The translations under genes and the position numbers were made by a program. Below are positions 18,178 to 32,293 of a stretch of DNA of 64,000 nucleotides, piece by piece. Source of the stretch: Myxococcota bacterium (GTDB lineage Bacteria > Myxococcota_A > UBA796 > UBA2385). Each line of letters opens with the position of its first letter. The first letter of the stretch is position 1. The notes beneath the pieces are model-generated. The model was not told the DNA's origin, searched no databases, and saw nothing but the letters and a program-made list of their open reading frames with translations. The stretch is from positions 96,001 to 160,000 of the forward strand of contig JBIJDH010000013.1 in NCBI GenBank assembly GCA_044344255.1, in the 5' to 3' direction.

Positions 18178-18728
18178 CCTCCGTCGCGCAGCGCCGCGTC
18201 CGCCGCCCGCACCTGATCGGCCATCGCGGACACGGCTGCGCCGAGGCGCTCGGACAGCGCGGGATCGGAGAGGGCGAGGATGCGAGCCGCGAGCCAGCCC
18301 GCGTTCTTGGCCCCGACCTTGCCGATCGCCACAGTGGCGACGGGCACGCCGGGGGGCATCTGGACCGTCGACAGGAGGGCGTCGAGGCCGCCCAGCGCGC
18401 CGTCGAGCGGGACGCCGATCACCGGCAGCAGCGTGCGCCCCGCGACCGAACCCGCGAGGTGAGCCGCGAGGCCCGCCCCGCAGATGAGCACCTGTACTCC
18501 CCGCTCCGCCGCCGTCCGGACGTAGTCGTCGGTCTCGGCGGGGGTGCGGTGGGCGGAGAGGATCCGCTGCTCACACCCGATCTGGAGGCTCCGAAGGACC
18601 AGGGCCGCCTCGTCCATCACCGGGCGATCGGAGGCGCTCCCCATCAAGATGCCCACACGAAGCGAGGGAGCGTGCGGACCTCCCGTTGAAGCGGGTGTCG
18701 TCGCCGACCCTGACGCGATGCCTGTCAT
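18174..18728 (-). CDS. purE: N5-CAIR mutase PurE
   Basis: GILMGSASD, SAHRTP, GAGLAAHLAG, PVIGVP, VQMPPGVPVATV. Confidence 0.97.
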   Translation of the reverse strand: MTGIASGSATTPASTGGPHAPSLRVGILMGSASDRPVMDEAALVLRSLQIGCEQRILSAHRTPAETDDYVRTAAERGVQVLICGAGLAAHLAGSVAGRTLLPVIGVPLDGALGGLDALLSTVQMPPGVPVATVAIGKVGAKNAGWLAARILALSDPALSERLGAAVSAMADQVRAADAALRDGG

Positions 18729-19984
18729 CGTCCCTCCTGAGTGTCCCCGGTGTCCCCGGTGTCCCCGGTGTCCCCGATGTCCCGCCGACAGCCGGCGCCT
18801 TCAAAGTGGATCTGATCAACGAGCCCGTACGCCCGCGCCCGGGCCCCGGCGGGGCTCGGCCCCCAGGCGGTCAGGCCCAGCACGCGGCCGCCCTCGGCGA
18901 GCAGCTGCCCTCCCTCGGCGCGGACGCCCGCGAAGAAGGCCACCCGGTCGGCCTCCGGCGGGGGGACGCCGCGGATGGGCTCGCCGCTCGCGCCGCCCTC
19001 CGGGTAGCCCCGACCGACGACCACGACACAGCAAGCGGCCCCCTGGCGCCAACGGAGGGGGCGCTCCGGGAGCGAGCCCATGGCGGCGGCCAACAGCAGC
19101 GGCACGAGGTCTTCGTCGAGCATCATCATCAAGGGCTGGCACTCCGGATCACCGAAGCGCACATTGAACTCGAGGACCTTCGGACCGTCTGCGGTGAGCA
19201 TCAGGCCCGCGTAGAGCAGGCCACGGAACGGGCTGCCTTCGGCGGCCATGCCCTCGACCGTAGGCTGGAGCACGGTGCGCCGGACGGCCTCGAGGAGCTC
19301 CGCCCCCACCTCCGGCACGGGGCAGATGGCGCCCATTCCGCCGGTGTTCGGCCCCTGATCTCCGTCGTAGCGGCGCTTGTGGTCTCGGGTCGGGAGCAGC
19401 GGCACCGCCCGCCGACCATCGCAGAGGGCGAGGATCGAGACCTCGGGGCCGGAGAGGCGCTCCTCGATGATCAGCCGCGCGCCCGCGACGCCGAAACGAC
19501 CGCCAAACACGAGCTCGACGGCCTCGTGGGCCTCCGCGGCGGAGCCCGCCACGACCACGCCCTTCCCCGCCGCGAGGCCGTCTGCCTTGACGACGCAGGG
19601 GCCTCGGATCGCAGCGTGAGCGGTGTCTGCGGAGGTGTGCTCCGACCAGGCCGCGGTCGGGATGCCGTGCCGGTCGAGGAAGGCCTTGGCATAGGCCTTG
19701 GAGCCCTCCAGTCGGGCCGCGGCGGCGGAGGGCCCGAAGGCGGGGATGCCCACCCGTGCCAGCTCGTCTACGAGACCGGCTACCAGCGGGCCCTCGGGAC
19801 CCACGACGACGAGGTCGACGCCCTCCCGCACCGCCGCCGCGACGAGGTCCCCCTCGAGCCGCCCGCCGCTCGGGAAGCCCGGGTTCGAGTGGGTGAAGGA
19901 CAAGCGCCGCACCCTGGGGCTCGACTGGAGCTTCCAAGCCAGGGCGTGCTCTCGCCCGCCACCACCGACCAACAGCACATGCAT
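18725..19984 (-). CDS. purD: Phosphoribosylamine-glycine ligase
   Basis: [59 protein letters not shown]. Confidence 0.98.
   Translation of the reverse strand: MHVLLVGGGGREHALAWKLQSSPRVRRLSFTHSNPGFPSGGRLEGDLVAAAVREGVDLVVVGPEGPLVAGLVDELARVGIPAFGPSAAAARLEGSKAYAKAFLDRHGIPTAAWSEHTSADTAHAAIRGPCVVKADGLAAGKGVVVAGSAAEAHEAVELVFGGRFGVAGARLIIEERLSGPEVSILALCDGRRAVPLLPTRDHKRRYDGDQGPNTGGMGAICPVPEVGAELLEAVRRTVLQPTVEGMAAEGSPFRGLLYAGLMLTADGPKVLEFNVRFGDPECQPLMMMLDEDLVPLLLAAAMGSLPERPLRWRQGAACCVVVVGRGYPEGGASGEPIRGVPPPEADRVAFFAGVRAEGGQLLAEGGRVLGLTAWGPSPAGARARAYGLVDQIHFEGAGCRRDIGDTGDTGDTGDTQEGR
18741..18776. repeat. 9-bp tandem repeat (GTGTCCCCG x4) in the purD 3' end
   Basis: Read directly; encodes GDT x4 after the conserved RRDI end. 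Confidence 0.95.
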
Positions 19985-20010
19985 CAGGGACCCTGAGTGG
20001 AAGTCGGCGC

Positions 20011-22383
20011 TTATCGCAGCGGGACGAGGGCGCGACGGGCCGACAGGTCATCGGGGACGAGCCGCAGCACCTCGCCGTACTCTCGGCGGGCCCCCTCGGT
20101 GTCTCCAGCCTCGATCAGGGCCTCGGCCCGCCAACGGTGCACCGCAGGCACCGAGGCCCCGGTCTGCATCGCCTGGACCCACGCCGCGTCGCTCTCCTCC
20201 TTCCGGCCAAGCGCGAAGAGGGACCTCGCCTTGATCGCGTAGGCCACGCCCGTGTTCGCGTTCGCCCCGATCGCCCGATCGACCTCCTGCAGGGCCGCCC
20301 GATGCTGCCCCGCCGCGTAGAGCAGGCTGGCGTTGGCGGCGCGAGCCGCCGTGGTGTCGGGCTGGGCGGCGATGGCGCGCTGAAGGAGCCGGGGAGCGTC
20401 GGGCATGTCCGCCGCCCAGGCGAGGATCGCGACCACCTCGATCACCGTGCTCGTGTACCGGACGTCTCCCGCGAGGTCGCGCTCGAGGCGGCTCCGCAGC
20501 TCGCCCCAGCCGGCGCTGGGGAACCAAATCGCCTGGAGCGGGCTTCGGGCCCCTGCGAGGCTGCGATCGAGCCAGGCCGCCCGCTGGAGCTGCTCGACGG
20601 CCCCTGGATTGTTGCCCACGGCGAGGCGGGTGTGGGCGCTCATCAGCAAGGCGTCGAGGTAGGTGGGATCGCTCTCGAAGGCAGCGTCGATCTCACTGTC
20701 TGCCGCTCGCTCGCGGCCAATCGCGAGGTAGACCCGCGCCGCGGCGACCCGGAAGCGCGCCCCGTCATGCCCGACGAGCCGCCCAGCCTCCACGGCGCGG
20801 AGCGCGGTCTCGGCGTCCGCAGGCCGGTTGTTCTGGATGGCGGCCCGCGCCCGGAGGAGGGCGGCGGCCGGGTTCCCCGCGTCGGCTTGCCAGGCCCGAT
20901 CCGCGAGGCGGAGGGCCAGGGCTGTGTCCCCGACGGCGAGGGCCGCGGCGCCGGCGTCGGTGAAGAGCCGCACCCGACCCTCGAACCGATCGACGTTGGG
21001 GTGGGCGATGATCGCCTGCATCTCCGCGAGGGCCACCGCGGGCTTGCCGAGCACCTTGAGCTGCACCTCGGCGAGCTGCCGTCGGCCCTCGAGATCGTCG
21101 GGATCGAGCTGGCGGAGCCGCTCCCCGGCGCGGATGGCCTGCGGCCAGTCCCCCACCGCGGCGTAACTCTCGGAGAGGATCCGCCAGGGGACAGGCTCGT
21201 CGGGGTGGACCTTCGTGAGCTTGGCCGCGAGATCCATCGCCAGGCCGAGCTCGGACCGCTGGAGGGCCACCCCCGCCCGCGCGACCTGGATCGGAAAGAC
21301 GCCCGTGAAACGTTCGTCCAGGACGGCCAACGCGGCGCCGTTGCGGCTGAGGGAGGCAAAAGCGAGGGCGCAGCCCAGATCGGTGGGGCTGCCCGGGGTG
21401 CCGGCGAGGTCGGGCGGGTTGCCACACCGGCTCGCGAGATCGGTGGCCAGGGCGATGTCGTTGGAGGCCCGGGCCGCCGCCGAGCGGCCGCGGAGGGCGG
21501 GGATGGACTCGGGGGCCAGGGCCTCCGTGCGGGTGCAGGCCCAGGCCATCGGCTCGAGGAGCTGGGCGTTGGTGGCGGAGAGCCGCGCGTACGCCTCACA
21601 GAGCCCACCCGAGGCCTCCGGATCCCGCGGGGAGAGGACGAGCGCCTGCTCGAAGTGGAGCCTCGCCTCCTCGGAGGTCCCGCGGGTCCCCCGCCAGAGG
21701 GCCATCCGCCCGAGCGTGATGTGCTCGCCCACAGACCCGACGATGCCCGGGTGCGCCGCCGCGAGCTGGGTGATCAACGCCTCGCCGGGGAGGACGGCGT
21801 CCTTGTTGACCGCGTCGCGGGCTGCGTCCTCGTCGAGCGCGCGCGCGAGGAGGTCCCCACCCCGCGCGCGGACGGCGGAGGCCTTCGCCCAGGCCTGGTC
21901 CGTCCAGGCCTCCGGGATCAAGAGGGCGCCGGTGCTCCAGCTCCAGAGCGCGAAGGCCCCGGTCAGCCCGAGGAGCCCCACCGCGCCGGCGGCTCGAAGG
22001 CGCTTCCCCCAGTCGAAGCGGGACTGGTCCTTCTTGTCGCTCGCCTGCACGTCAACACGGGAGGCGGAGAGCTCGCTGCCGGGCAGGAACCAGCCGCCGA
22101 AGTCAGGGTGCTCGACCACCCGGAACCAGGGCCCGCCCACACGAGCGGCGAGGTCATCCGGCCCCACCGCGCCGCGGCGGACCTGATCGGCCACAGAGTC
22201 GAAGGCCAGCGGCCCGAGGGCGCGCCCGTCGCCCACGCGGACCATCCAGCGCAGCGCCTCCCGGGGGATCTGCGGGCCGGACTGTGCGCAGCGGGCGCAC
22301 AGGGGCGCGACCCGATCGGCCTGATCCTGCACGGCGACGCCGCAGGAGAAGCAGTAGTTCCGGATGGTGAGGGAGTGGAGCAC
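20011..22383 (-). CDS. Zinc-ribbon + GYF-like + TM + multi-TPR protein
   Basis: CFSC...CARC; WMVR...GPL...V...V..G...DD......W.......F (GYF_2/DUF4339 pattern); one TM; long TPR array. Confidence 0.8.
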   Translation of the reverse strand: MLHSLTIRNYCFSCGVAVQDQADRVAPLCARCAQSGPQIPREALRWMVRVGDGRALGPLAFDSVADQVRRGAVGPDDLAARVGGPWFRVVEHPDFGGWFLPGSELSASRVDVQASDKKDQSRFDWGKRLRAAGAVGLLGLTGAFALWSWSTGALLIPEAWTDQAWAKASAVRARGGDLLARALDEDAARDAVNKDAVLPGEALITQLAAAHPGIVGSVGEHITLGRMALWRGTRGTSEEARLHFEQALVLSPRDPEASGGLCEAYARLSATNAQLLEPMAWACTRTEALAPESIPALRGRSAAARASNDIALATDLASRCGNPPDLAGTPGSPTDLGCALAFASLSRNGAALAVLDERFTGVFPIQVARAGVALQRSELGLAMDLAAKLTKVHPDEPVPWRILSESYAAVGDWPQAIRAGERLRQLDPDDLEGRRQLAEVQLKVLGKPAVALAEMQAIIAHPNVDRFEGRVRLFTDAGAAALAVGDTALALRLADRAWQADAGNPAAALLRARAAIQNNRPADAETALRAVEAGRLVGHDGARFRVAAARVYLAIGRERAADSEIDAAFESDPTYLDALLMSAHTRLAVGNNPGAVEQLQRAAWLDRSLAGARSPLQAIWFPSAGWGELRSRLERDLAGDVRYTSTVIEVVAILAWAADMPDAPRLLQRAIAAQPDTTAARAANASLLYAAGQHRAALQEVDRAIGANANTGVAYAIKARSLFALGRKEESDAAWVQAMQTGASVPAVHRWRAEALIEAGDTEGARREYGEVLRLVPDDLSARRALVPLR

Positions 22384-22442
22384 GGCGGCACTCTACAACG
22401 GGAGGGCTCCCCCGGGCCAGACCGAGGGGGCTCCAAATGGGG

Positions 22443-24032
22443 TCAGTGCCGGAAGTGGCGCATGCCTGTGATCACCATGGCGGCCTCGGCCGCGTCGACG
22501 ACCGAGAGCGTCTCTTCGTCGCGGATCGAGCCCCCGGGCTGGACGATCGCGGTGACCCCTGCGGCGAGGGCGCTCACCACCCCGTCCGAGAAGGGAAAGA
22601 ATGCGTCGGAGGCCATGACGGAGCCTGCGACCGGCCGCGTGGCCTTCTCGACGGCGAGGCGGACGCTGTCGACCCGAGACATCTGCCCGGCCCCGACGCC
22701 GTTGATCACCATGCCGCCCTCGGCGGCGGCGGCGAAGACGATCGCGTTCGACTTCGTGCCGCGGCTGATCGCCCAGGCGAAGCGGAGCAGCGCGTCCTCG
22801 GACGAGGTCGGGCCGCGGCGGGTGGCCACCTTCCAGCCGGGGATCGCGCCCTGGTCCCAGTCTTGGAGGAGCCAGCCCCCCTGCACCCGTCGGGCGTCGA
22901 AGCCGGGGGGGCGACCCTCGGCCCAGTCGACGGGGAGCTCGACGACCCGCAGCTTCTCGCGGCCGCTCAGCGCCTGTCTCGCCTCCGCCGTGATCCCCGG
23001 CGCGACCAGGATCTCGAAGAACGTGCGGCCGCGCCGGATCGCGGCGGCGACCTCGGCGTCGACCGGGCGATTGAAGGCCACGACGCCGCCGTACGCGCTG
23101 ACCGGATCGCAAGAGAGCGCGAGGCGGAAGGCGGTCGCCGCGCCCTCGGGGTGGGAGGCCGCCCCACACGGGTTCATGTGCTTGACGATCACGCAGCCAG
23201 GATCGTCGATCTCGAAGACCGATCGCACCGCGGCGTCGAGGTCGGCGATGTTGTTGAAGGACAGCTCCGGCCCCGCCACCTGGGTCATGCGCGCCAGCGA
23301 GCGGCCGGTGCTGAGCGGATCGGGGTAGAAAGCTGCGCGCTGGTGCGGGTTCTCCCCGTATCGGAGGACCGCGCTGCGACGGAGCGGGATGGCCCCCTCC
23401 ACGGGGAGCTCCGGCGGAGGAGTGACGGGCGCGCGCAGCCCGGAGGCGGACGCCCCCAGCGCGCCCCGCTCCATCCAATCGGCGATGACCGCGTCGTAGG
23501 CGGCGGTGTGCCGGAAGGCCTTGGTGGCGAGGCGGCGACGGGCGACGAGGTCGGGCCCGCCCTCGGCGAGGGCCTCCAGGGTGGGCGCGTAGTCGGCGGG
23601 ATCGACCAGCACCACGACGCCGGGGTGGTTCTTCGCCGCCGCGCGCAGCAGCGTCGGCCCGCCGATGTCGATCTGCTCGAGGATCTCGGCCGGGTCGGTC
23701 TCTCCGCCGGCGAGGGTGGCCTCGAAGGGGTAGAGGTTCACCACCACGAGGTCGATCCAGGGGATGCCGAGGGCCGCCAGCTCCGCGTCGTCCTGTCCCC
23801 GTCGTCCGAGCACGCCACCGTGGACGCGGGGATGGAGGGTCTTGACCCTCCCGCCGATGATCTCGGGGTGGCCGGTGTGCTCGCTCACCGGGGTGACCGG
23901 GAGGCCGGCGGCCTCGATCACGCGCGCGGTGCCGCCCGTGGAGAGCAGGGTGAAGCCGAGCGCGTGAAGCCCTTGCGCGAGGGCCTCCACGCCGGCCTTG
24001 TCCGAGACGGAGATCAACGCGAGACGAGCCAT
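22443..24032 (-). CDS. purH: Bifunctional AICAR transformylase/IMP cyclohydrolase
   Basis: ALISVSDK, STGGT, GRVKTLHP, IDIGGP, LRYGENPHQ, KHMNPCG, ASDAFFPF, TGMRHFRH. Confidence 0.98.
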   Translation of the reverse strand: MARLALISVSDKAGVEALAQGLHALGFTLLSTGGTARVIEAAGLPVTPVSEHTGHPEIIGGRVKTLHPRVHGGVLGRRGQDDAELAALGIPWIDLVVVNLYPFEATLAGGETDPAEILEQIDIGGPTLLRAAAKNHPGVVVLVDPADYAPTLEALAEGGPDLVARRRLATKAFRHTAAYDAVIADWMERGALGASASGLRAPVTPPPELPVEGAIPLRRSAVLRYGENPHQRAAFYPDPLSTGRSLARMTQVAGPELSFNNIADLDAAVRSVFEIDDPGCVIVKHMNPCGAASHPEGAATAFRLALSCDPVSAYGGVVAFNRPVDAEVAAAIRRGRTFFEILVAPGITAEARQALSGREKLRVVELPVDWAEGRPPGFDARRVQGGWLLQDWDQGAIPGWKVATRRGPTSSEDALLRFAWAISRGTKSNAIVFAAAAEGGMVINGVGAGQMSRVDSVRLAVEKATRPVAGSVMASDAFFPFSDGVVSALAAGVTAIVQPGGSIRDEETLSVVDAAEAAMVITGMRHFRH

Positions 24033-24054
24033 GGGGCCTCCGGGGCGGCCGGCT

Positions 24055-24513
24055 CTAATCGTCCAGGCTGCGCCAGCGCACCACGTTCACCTCCATCGGG
24101 CCGGCCACATAGCCGGAGATCAGCACCAGGTGGCCCTCCTGAGCAGAGAGGAGGCCCAAAGACTCCGGCACGAGCGTGATCGTCGAGCCGCTGCCCCGAT
24201 CATCCACCTTCCAGCGGCTGCCCCAGCGTTCGAGCACCCCGATGTAGGGCGCCGCCCCGTCCCCGCCGTCGGTGACGGTCCAGTCGGCGACCACGATGCG
24301 CCGGCCGAAGCGGCGGCCCTCGACCTCCAGGCCGAGGTCATCGAGGTGTCGGAGCACGTCCTGCTCGGCGGCGGAGCGTAAGGAGGAGGACCGCCCGCTG
24401 GACTCCACCAGCCGCACCTCCCGACCTTCCACCTCCACGATCCCCCGCTTGCCCTTCACGGCACAGGCAGCCAGCAGGGCCAGGATGGGGAAGCGGAGCG
24501 CGGTTCGGGGCAT
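24055..24513 (-). CDS. Small lipoprotein, possibly two tandem small beta-barrel (OB-like) repeats
   Basis: MPRTALRFPILALLAAC lipobox; two similar halves (...LEVEG...IVVADW / ...VLISG...VNVVRW); start ATG 24513. Confidence 0.65.
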   Translation of the reverse strand: MPRTALRFPILALLAACAVKGKRGIVEVEGREVRLVESSGRSSSLRSAAEQDVLRHLDDLGLEVEGRRFGRRIVVADWTVTDGGDGAAPYIGVLERWGSRWKVDDRGSGSTITLVPESLGLLSAQEGHLVLISGYVAGPMEVNVVRWRSLDD

Positions 24514-24755
24514 CCAGATGGCGTATCCTGCTTGGGGATCGGGGAGTCCGACCGAGGCGCGGAGGGTGCTTGTCACAGGACCTTCTCCGCGCCGCACTTG
24601 ACCGAATTGGGGACAATCCGGTAACCGAAGTGCGATGTTGGGGGTCTCGGTCGGGCCCGGTCGTCCAAGGCCGGGCTACACAGCCCCGTGGCGAGCCCGC
24701 AGCGGGCCCCGTCCTTCGTCAAACTCTCCGCTCAGCCAACCACACCGAGGAGCCC

Positions 24756-28023
<3,268 letters not shown>

Positions 28024-28040
<17 letters not shown>

Positions 28041-28473
28041 GCCCAACTCGGCCCTGCTCCTCATCGGAGCGCTGAGCCTCGCTGCGCTCCACGGCTGCGC
28101 CACTCACCACGCCATCGTCGGCCGAGTGGTGAACCGCAATGGCGAGCCGATGGACAAGGTCATCGTCTCCGTCCAACCGGGCGGCGTCGAGCTCATCACC
28201 GACTCCGAGGGCAACTTCGTCATCGACTACCTCCGCGATGACGAAGGAAACCGCGTGAAGCTGGCGAAGAAGTCCGACTATGCGCTCGAGACCTTTCGAA
28301 CCGGCTACCACGTCTCGACGACCACCTTCTACTTCAAGAAGGGGGAGCTGCTGCTCGAGCCGATCACGATGGCCGAGGACACCATCAAGGTGCGCGACAG
28401 CCAGGAGGACATCGACCCGGCGAAGCACACCGACCGGGCCCAGTCATCAGGTGCGGCGTACGAGGGGGAGTAG
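28024..28473 (+). CDS. Lipoprotein with carboxypeptidase-regulatory-like (prealbumin-type) domain
   Basis: Lipobox-like LHGC; IVGRVVNRNGEPMDKVIVSV...TDSEGNFVI; GTG 28024 overlaps the kinase 3' end. Confidence 0.8.
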
Positions 28474-29756
28474 TGTTCGCCTTTCTCCTCCTCTTCGCCT
28501 GCGCCTCCGATCCCGCCCCGGCACCGGTGGACACCGCGCTCGCCGGCGGCTGGCCTGCACTCGCGGCCAGCGACCCGGCGGCCCTCGGCGCCCTCTTTGA
28601 CCCTCAGCGAGAGGGCTGGATCGCCCTGCACGCCGGCGACTGGGAGGCCGCGGCGATCCGGCTCGAGGGCGCCCCGCGGGCCCGCGCCCTCCGCCACCTC
28701 GCCGCGGTCGAGGGCGACCTCGCGCGCCTCTCGGCCCTCGTCTGGGAGCGCACGCTCAGCCGCTGGGCCGACCAGGTGGGGATCTCCACGGGCAGCGCGC
28801 TCCCCGCGGTGGCCGCCCTGAGCCGCGCGGACGCCGGAGACGCCGCCGGCGCCGCCGCCTGGCTCCAACGAGGGGGCGGGTACACCGATCCCGACGTCAC
28901 CGCCCTCGCCTCCGCCCTCGCTTCCGAGCGTGCTGCGCTCGACCCCGCCGCCGCCCTCCCGAGCGGCGTCCCCGGGAGCCTCGGGGGCTGTGTCGGCCGC
29001 CACCAGGCGGTGCGGTCGGCCGCCGTCGACCCGGGCTCGTCGCCCGAGCTCGACGCGCTCTGCCCAGAGGGGGTCCTCGTGCGGGAGGCAGCCACCGACC
29101 ATGAGCGGGTCTTCTACGATCCCCTGGTGAGCCACACCCGCGCCCTTGTTCACACGAAGCAGGCCGACGCCATCACCGCGACCGAAAGCGCCGCTCCGCT
29201 GCCCCGCCTGCTCTTCACGGCCGCCTGGACCCTCCCCGATGCCGAAGCCCGCGCGGGGGGCGACGCGCTCGGCCCCACGCTCACCGCCCTCGGCCTCCCC
29301 TGGCCCCCGGGCCCCGACGACGAGGTGGAGCCAGCCCGAGAGTGGGTGCGCGCCCTCGACGCCCGGCTCGACGCCTGGGAGGCCGAACAAGTCGCCGCCG
29401 CCACCCCCGAGGGCCAGGCCCTGTACCGCGACCTCCAGCTCGTGCCGGTCTACCGGAGCCGGCTCCTCGTGGAGCAGACCCGCCGTGCCCTCCAGGACGG
29501 GCGACCGCATCAGGCCTTGGCGATCGCTCAACGCGCGCTCGACGTCGAGCACGCCCGCAGCGTCGGGCCCATCAACCCGCCCGAGCTCTTCGCCCTCCTC
29601 GCCGAGGCCAACCTCCGCACCGGCCGAACCCGCGAAGCGAAGGACGCGCTCGCCGTGCTCCTCCCCGGCTGGCCTTGGCTGCGCGGCCTCGACGAGACGC
29701 TGGGTGACCTCGCCGTCCTCGAGGGCATCGGCCGCGGCGGAGACTCGAAAGAGTAG
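28473..29756 (+). CDS. Helical/TPR-like lipoprotein, hypothetical
   Basis: FAFLLLFAC; Ala/Leu-rich helices, TPR-like C-terminus; 1-nt overlap with the upstream stop. Confidence 0.7.
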   Translation: MFAFLLLFACASDPAPAPVDTALAGGWPALAASDPAALGALFDPQREGWIALHAGDWEAAAIRLEGAPRARALRHLAAVEGDLARLSALVWERTLSRWADQVGISTGSALPAVAALSRADAGDAAGAAAWLQRGGGYTDPDVTALASALASERAALDPAAALPSGVPGSLGGCVGRHQAVRSAAVDPGSSPELDALCPEGVLVREAATDHERVFYDPLVSHTRALVHTKQADAITATESAAPLPRLLFTAAWTLPDAEARAGGDALGPTLTALGLPWPPGPDDEVEPAREWVRALDARLDAWEAEQVAAATPEGQALYRDLQLVPVYRSRLLVEQTRRALQDGRPHQALAIAQRALDVEHARSVGPINPPELFALLAEANLRTGRTREAKDALAVLLPGWPWLRGLDETLGDLAVLEGIGRGGDSKE

Positions 29757-29822
29757 CCGCCCCCGAGGCCTCGCCGCGACCTCTCCTGTCTCTCCCGCGA
29801 CCACGATTCCCCCGAGCCCACC

Positions 29823-31346
29823 ATGCTCCTGCCCGCCGCCTCGCTCCACTCCGCCCTCTCCATCCTGCTGCTGAGCCTCGCTCCGGCGGAGGCAGCGCCC
29901 TTCCGGTACGCCGAAGATCAAGCGCCCGCGGTCGTGAACCCGCTCTTCACCACCTCGATGAGCGAGGCGCGCCTGAACGAGCTGGTCTTTGAGGGTCTGT
30001 TCACGGACAACAAGGATCTCGCCACCACGCCCGAGCTGGCAGAGGGCGCCGAGATCAACGCCGATCGCACCGAGCAAATCGTCCACCTCCGCCAGGATGT
30101 GGTCTGGCACGACGGCAAGCCCTTCGTCGCCGACGACGTGGTCTTCACGATCCAGGCGATGCAGAGCGTCGGCACCGCATCCACCGAGGCGGGGCGGGTG
30201 GACTGGATCAAGAAGGCCGAGGCCATCGACTCTCACACGGTCAAGCTGACCTTCACGCGCCCCGAGGCCCGCCCGGAAGACAAGCTCTTCTTCAAGATCC
30301 TCCCCAAGGGCCGCTTCGCCAGCACGACGGTCAAGCGCACCGATCCCTTCCGCCAGTCCCCCATCGGGACCGGTCCGTACAAGGTGAGCAAGTTCAACGA
30401 TGACGGGAGCGTCACGATGAGCCGCTTCGACGCCTGGCACGACAAGACCACCCTCCAGGAGGTGGTCATGCGCGAGGTGTCAGACAAGAACTACCAGGCG
30501 AAGCTGCTGCTCTATGAGAGCCTCGAGGCGCTCGTCCGTGTGCTCCCGCGAGATCTGGCCGTCCTCAAGGCCGACCGCAAGGTCGAGCTGTACCCATACC
30601 AGACAAACTCCTGGTGGTACCTCGGCTTCAACATGGGCCGTGACCCCTGGAAGGACCCCGCAGTCCGGGGCGCCGTCGCTCGCCTGATCGACGTGCAGAG
30701 CCTGCTCGATCCAGTCGGCACCGGCGACATCCTCAGCGGCCCGTACGTCCCCTCGAGCCCCTACTACAACCACGACGTCGCCCCCTACCGCCGCGACCCC
30801 GTCAAGGCCGCGGAGCTCCTCACCACCGCTGGCTACACGCAGGTCGGTGGAAAGTGGACAAAGGGTGGCAAGGCGCTCTCGCTCCGCATCAGCGCCCACA
30901 AGTCGCTCGAGTCCTCCCAAGAGGTGGTGATCAACCTCCAGAGTCAGCTCCAGTCGAGCGGCCTCGATGTGACGGTCGACTTCCTCGACGACGCGATCTG
31001 GAAGTCCCAGATCTGGCGCGACCGAGACTACGACGTGGTGCTCAGCCAGTGGAGCTTCGATCGAAACGAGGACGTCCGGGAGCAGCTCCACTCCAAGGGC
31101 ACCCGCAACTTCACGGGCTACAACAACCCGAACGTAGACGCTTTGCTCGACCGCGCCCGCGACGCCCTCGAGCCGCAGCAGAAGAAGGGGGCGCTCCGGG
31201 AGCTCCATCGGGTCGTGCACGACGACTCGCCGATGGTCTTCCTCTGGACGCTCGACTCCTACAGCGCGATGAGCGTGCGGGTCCGAAACGTCGTGATCCA
31301 CCCCTTCTACTTCTTCACCTGGATCAAGGACTGGCAGACCCGGTGA
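29823..31346 (+). CDS. ABC transporter substrate-binding protein, family 5 (Opp/Dpp/Nik-type)
   Basis: VFEGLF, LRQDVVWHDGKPFVADDVVFT, PIGTGPYK, YLGFN, NFTGYNNPNVDALLD. Confidence 0.95.
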   Translation: MLLPAASLHSALSILLLSLAPAEAAPFRYAEDQAPAVVNPLFTTSMSEARLNELVFEGLFTDNKDLATTPELAEGAEINADRTEQIVHLRQDVVWHDGKPFVADDVVFTIQAMQSVGTASTEAGRVDWIKKAEAIDSHTVKLTFTRPEARPEDKLFFKILPKGRFASTTVKRTDPFRQSPIGTGPYKVSKFNDDGSVTMSRFDAWHDKTTLQEVVMREVSDKNYQAKLLLYESLEALVRVLPRDLAVLKADRKVELYPYQTNSWWYLGFNMGRDPWKDPAVRGAVARLIDVQSLLDPVGTGDILSGPYVPSSPYYNHDVAPYRRDPVKAAELLTTAGYTQVGGKWTKGGKALSLRISAHKSLESSQEVVINLQSQLQSSGLDVTVDFLDDAIWKSQIWRDRDYDVVLSQWSFDRNEDVREQLHSKGTRNFTGYNNPNVDALLDRARDALEPQQKKGALRELHRVVHDDSPMVFLWTLDSYSAMSVRVRNVVIHPFYFFTWIKDWQTR

Positions 31347-32293
31347 GCCCCGGCGCCGCGCTGCTGCGGGCCATCGGGTTGCGGGTGGGGCGCTTCGTCG
31401 GCACCCTGGTGGGCGCGTGGGCGCTCTTGCAGCTCCTGCTGGCCCTGGCCCCCGGCGATCCGATCGACCTGCTGCCGAACGGGCCCGAGGTCCGCGCCAC
31501 GCTCGAGGTCGAGTGGGGCCTCGATCAGCCCGTGCCGGTGCGGATCCTCAACAGCCTGCGCCGCGCGAGCGAGGGAGATCTCGGCACCAGCCTCGTCACC
31601 CGCCCCGGCGCGCCGGTGTCCACCCTCGCCCGCGAGGCCTGGACACGCTCCCTCGGCCTCCTGCTGCCGGCGCTGGCCTTGGGCCTCGGCTCCGCGGCGC
31701 TCTTCGGGGCCCTCCGCCTCCCGGGGCCCCTCCGGCGTCCGCTGCAGGCCTTGAGCGTGCTGCCCGCCTTCCTCGCCGCCTACCTGTCCGTCTCGGCGAT
31801 CAACGCGCTCACCTGGGCCCTGCTCCAGCGCGGGCTGATCGCGCGCCCGGACTGGTTCGCCCTCCCGGACACGGCCTCCGGCCTCCGCACGGCCCTGGCC
31901 ATCGCCGTGCTCGCCTGGAGCTCCGGCCTGCTCTCCGGCACGGCCCTCGAGGTGGAGAACGAGCTCAGCCGCCTCCGGCAGAGCGGCTTCATCGAGGCCG
32001 CCCGGGCCCGCGGAGCCCCGACCTGGCCGCACCTGCTCCTCAACCTCCTCCCGGTCGGCGCCACCCTCTCCGCCACGCTCTGCCTCGCCCAGACCGGCGG
32101 CGTGTTGGTCGTCGAGAAGCTGCTGCTGATCGATGGGGCCGGCAGCCTGCTCTGGGACGCCTGCGCCCGCCGCGACTACCCGCTCGCCCTCGGCCTCGGC
32201 CTCGGGGCCACCCTCGTCGTCGCCACGGCCCGGCTGCTCGCCGACACCCTCCGCCTCCTCGTCGATCCGCGAGAGAGAGAGGCCCTGGCGTGA
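31343..32293 (+). CDS. ABC transporter permease (OppB/DppB-like)
   Basis: LAPGDP, GLDQP, GDLGTS, EAA loop FIEAARARG, RDYP; GTG 31343 with GTGA overlap. Confidence 0.92.
   Translation: MSPGAALLRAIGLRVGRFVGTLVGAWALLQLLLALAPGDPIDLLPNGPEVRATLEVEWGLDQPVPVRILNSLRRASEGDLGTSLVTRPGAPVSTLAREAWTRSLGLLLPALALGLGSAALFGALRLPGPLRRPLQALSVLPAFLAAYLSVSAINALTWALLQRGLIARPDWFALPDTASGLRTALAIAVLAWSSGLLSGTALEVENELSRLRQSGFIEAARARGAPTWPHLLLNLLPVGATLSATLCLAQTGGVLVVEKLLLIDGAGSLLWDACARRDYPLALGLGLGATLVVATARLLADTLRLLVDPREREALA

Noticed and set aside
24598..24627. Sigma70 promoter TTGACC...TAACCG upstream of the pseudokinase operon
   Set aside because: Poor -10 and an 18-bp spacer; not supportable from sequence alone.
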